Made by a program: the position numbers and the translations under genes | Part shown: piece by piece, positions 63,339 to 64,000 of the stretch | How the letters are laid out: each line of letters opens with the position of its first letter | Numbering within the stretch: the stretch's first letter is position 1 | Source of the DNA: Trichoplax adhaerens | Taxonomy: Eukaryota > Animalia > Placozoa | Direction: 5' to 3' | Length of the DNA: 64,000 nt | NCBI RefSeq assembly: GCF_000150275.1 | Contig: NW_002060955.1 | Location: forward strand, 1,284,287 to 1,348,286 | Notes under the pieces: model-generated | The model's input: the letters and a program-made list of their open reading frames with translations, nothing else | What the model was told of the DNA's origin: nothing | Databases searched by the model: none

Positions 63339-64000
63339 TCGATAAGAGATAGAGTTTAATTTCCTTTCTGTAACCTATCCTTGAACGCTTTTTACATGGA
63401 ATGGCACGATGAAATTCATGTTCAGGAATCATCCATCAAGCTAACTGGTAAAATTGATCAAGTAGTCGCGGTCCCATGTAGAGGCTGTATAATCTCTTAC
63501 TAGCTAAGAGATGGGAGTTATTAAAATTCCTTGTCTATTAAAGTGTAGCTAATTACTCAAATTGTACTTAAAAGTAAATTAGACATAGGTTTTAAGACAA
63601 TCTAACGCTATAAACTACTAAATATTAAAGAAATCAATACTTTAGGTATATAAATTTATATGAAGCTCAGTAACAAGAATTTGTGTCGTTCCATTTAGCT
63701 ATCTTACTTACAATAGTAAATGTTAAACCAGGTAAAAAGAGACAAAGTTAATAAATAAAACGAGCAATTATTGCGTTCTTATGCACAAGAAATTATTTTA
63801 TATTTCAAGAAATCAGTAAGATACAGAACAACACAATAAACCATTTTACTGCCATCCTTTTTGCAGTAAGTTGCTCAGTAAATGCCGTTAAGCTTTCTAA
63901 TCGTTATATAAATCTCGTGGAAAAGTAGTTATAAGCTAATAAACGTTATGTAGGATTTTAAAACTAAATGGCCACGTTTAAATAGCATAAAGGCATCTGG

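Overview
AT-rich, compact animal genomic DNA with short GT-AG introns. The gene content (intronless rhodopsin-class GPCRs, a TPR relic, caspases) is consistent with an early-branching metazoan such as the placozoan Trichoplax; this is inference. Gene order: first coding exon of an MFSD8-like transporter (-); a 15-exon SLC18B1-like MFS transporter (+); an intronless GPCR (-); a three-exon selenoprotein H gene (+); a CARD-containing caspase and a short-prodomain caspase (both -); a second paralogous GPCR (-); a 772-N gap; an intron-containing piggyBac-derived gene with a degenerate catalytic triad (-); two tandem bacterial-type GNAT acetyltransferases (-); a TPR pseudogene (+); and a head-to-head pair of PLPP6/7-like PAP2 phosphatases. 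The selenoprotein gene is absent from the ORF track. It has an in-frame TGA, a 3'UTR SECIS and an atypical SxxU motif instead of CxxU. Other unusual structure includes: tandem 'echo' copies of gene 3' ends behind two unrelated genes; a CARD caspase that lacks the RxGSxxD substrate-binding segment; TACAGTA-rich arrays sharing a core motif upstream of two genes; and a solo-LTR-like insert flanked by a 185-bp duplication. All exon structures were derived by hand and are not transcript-verified.
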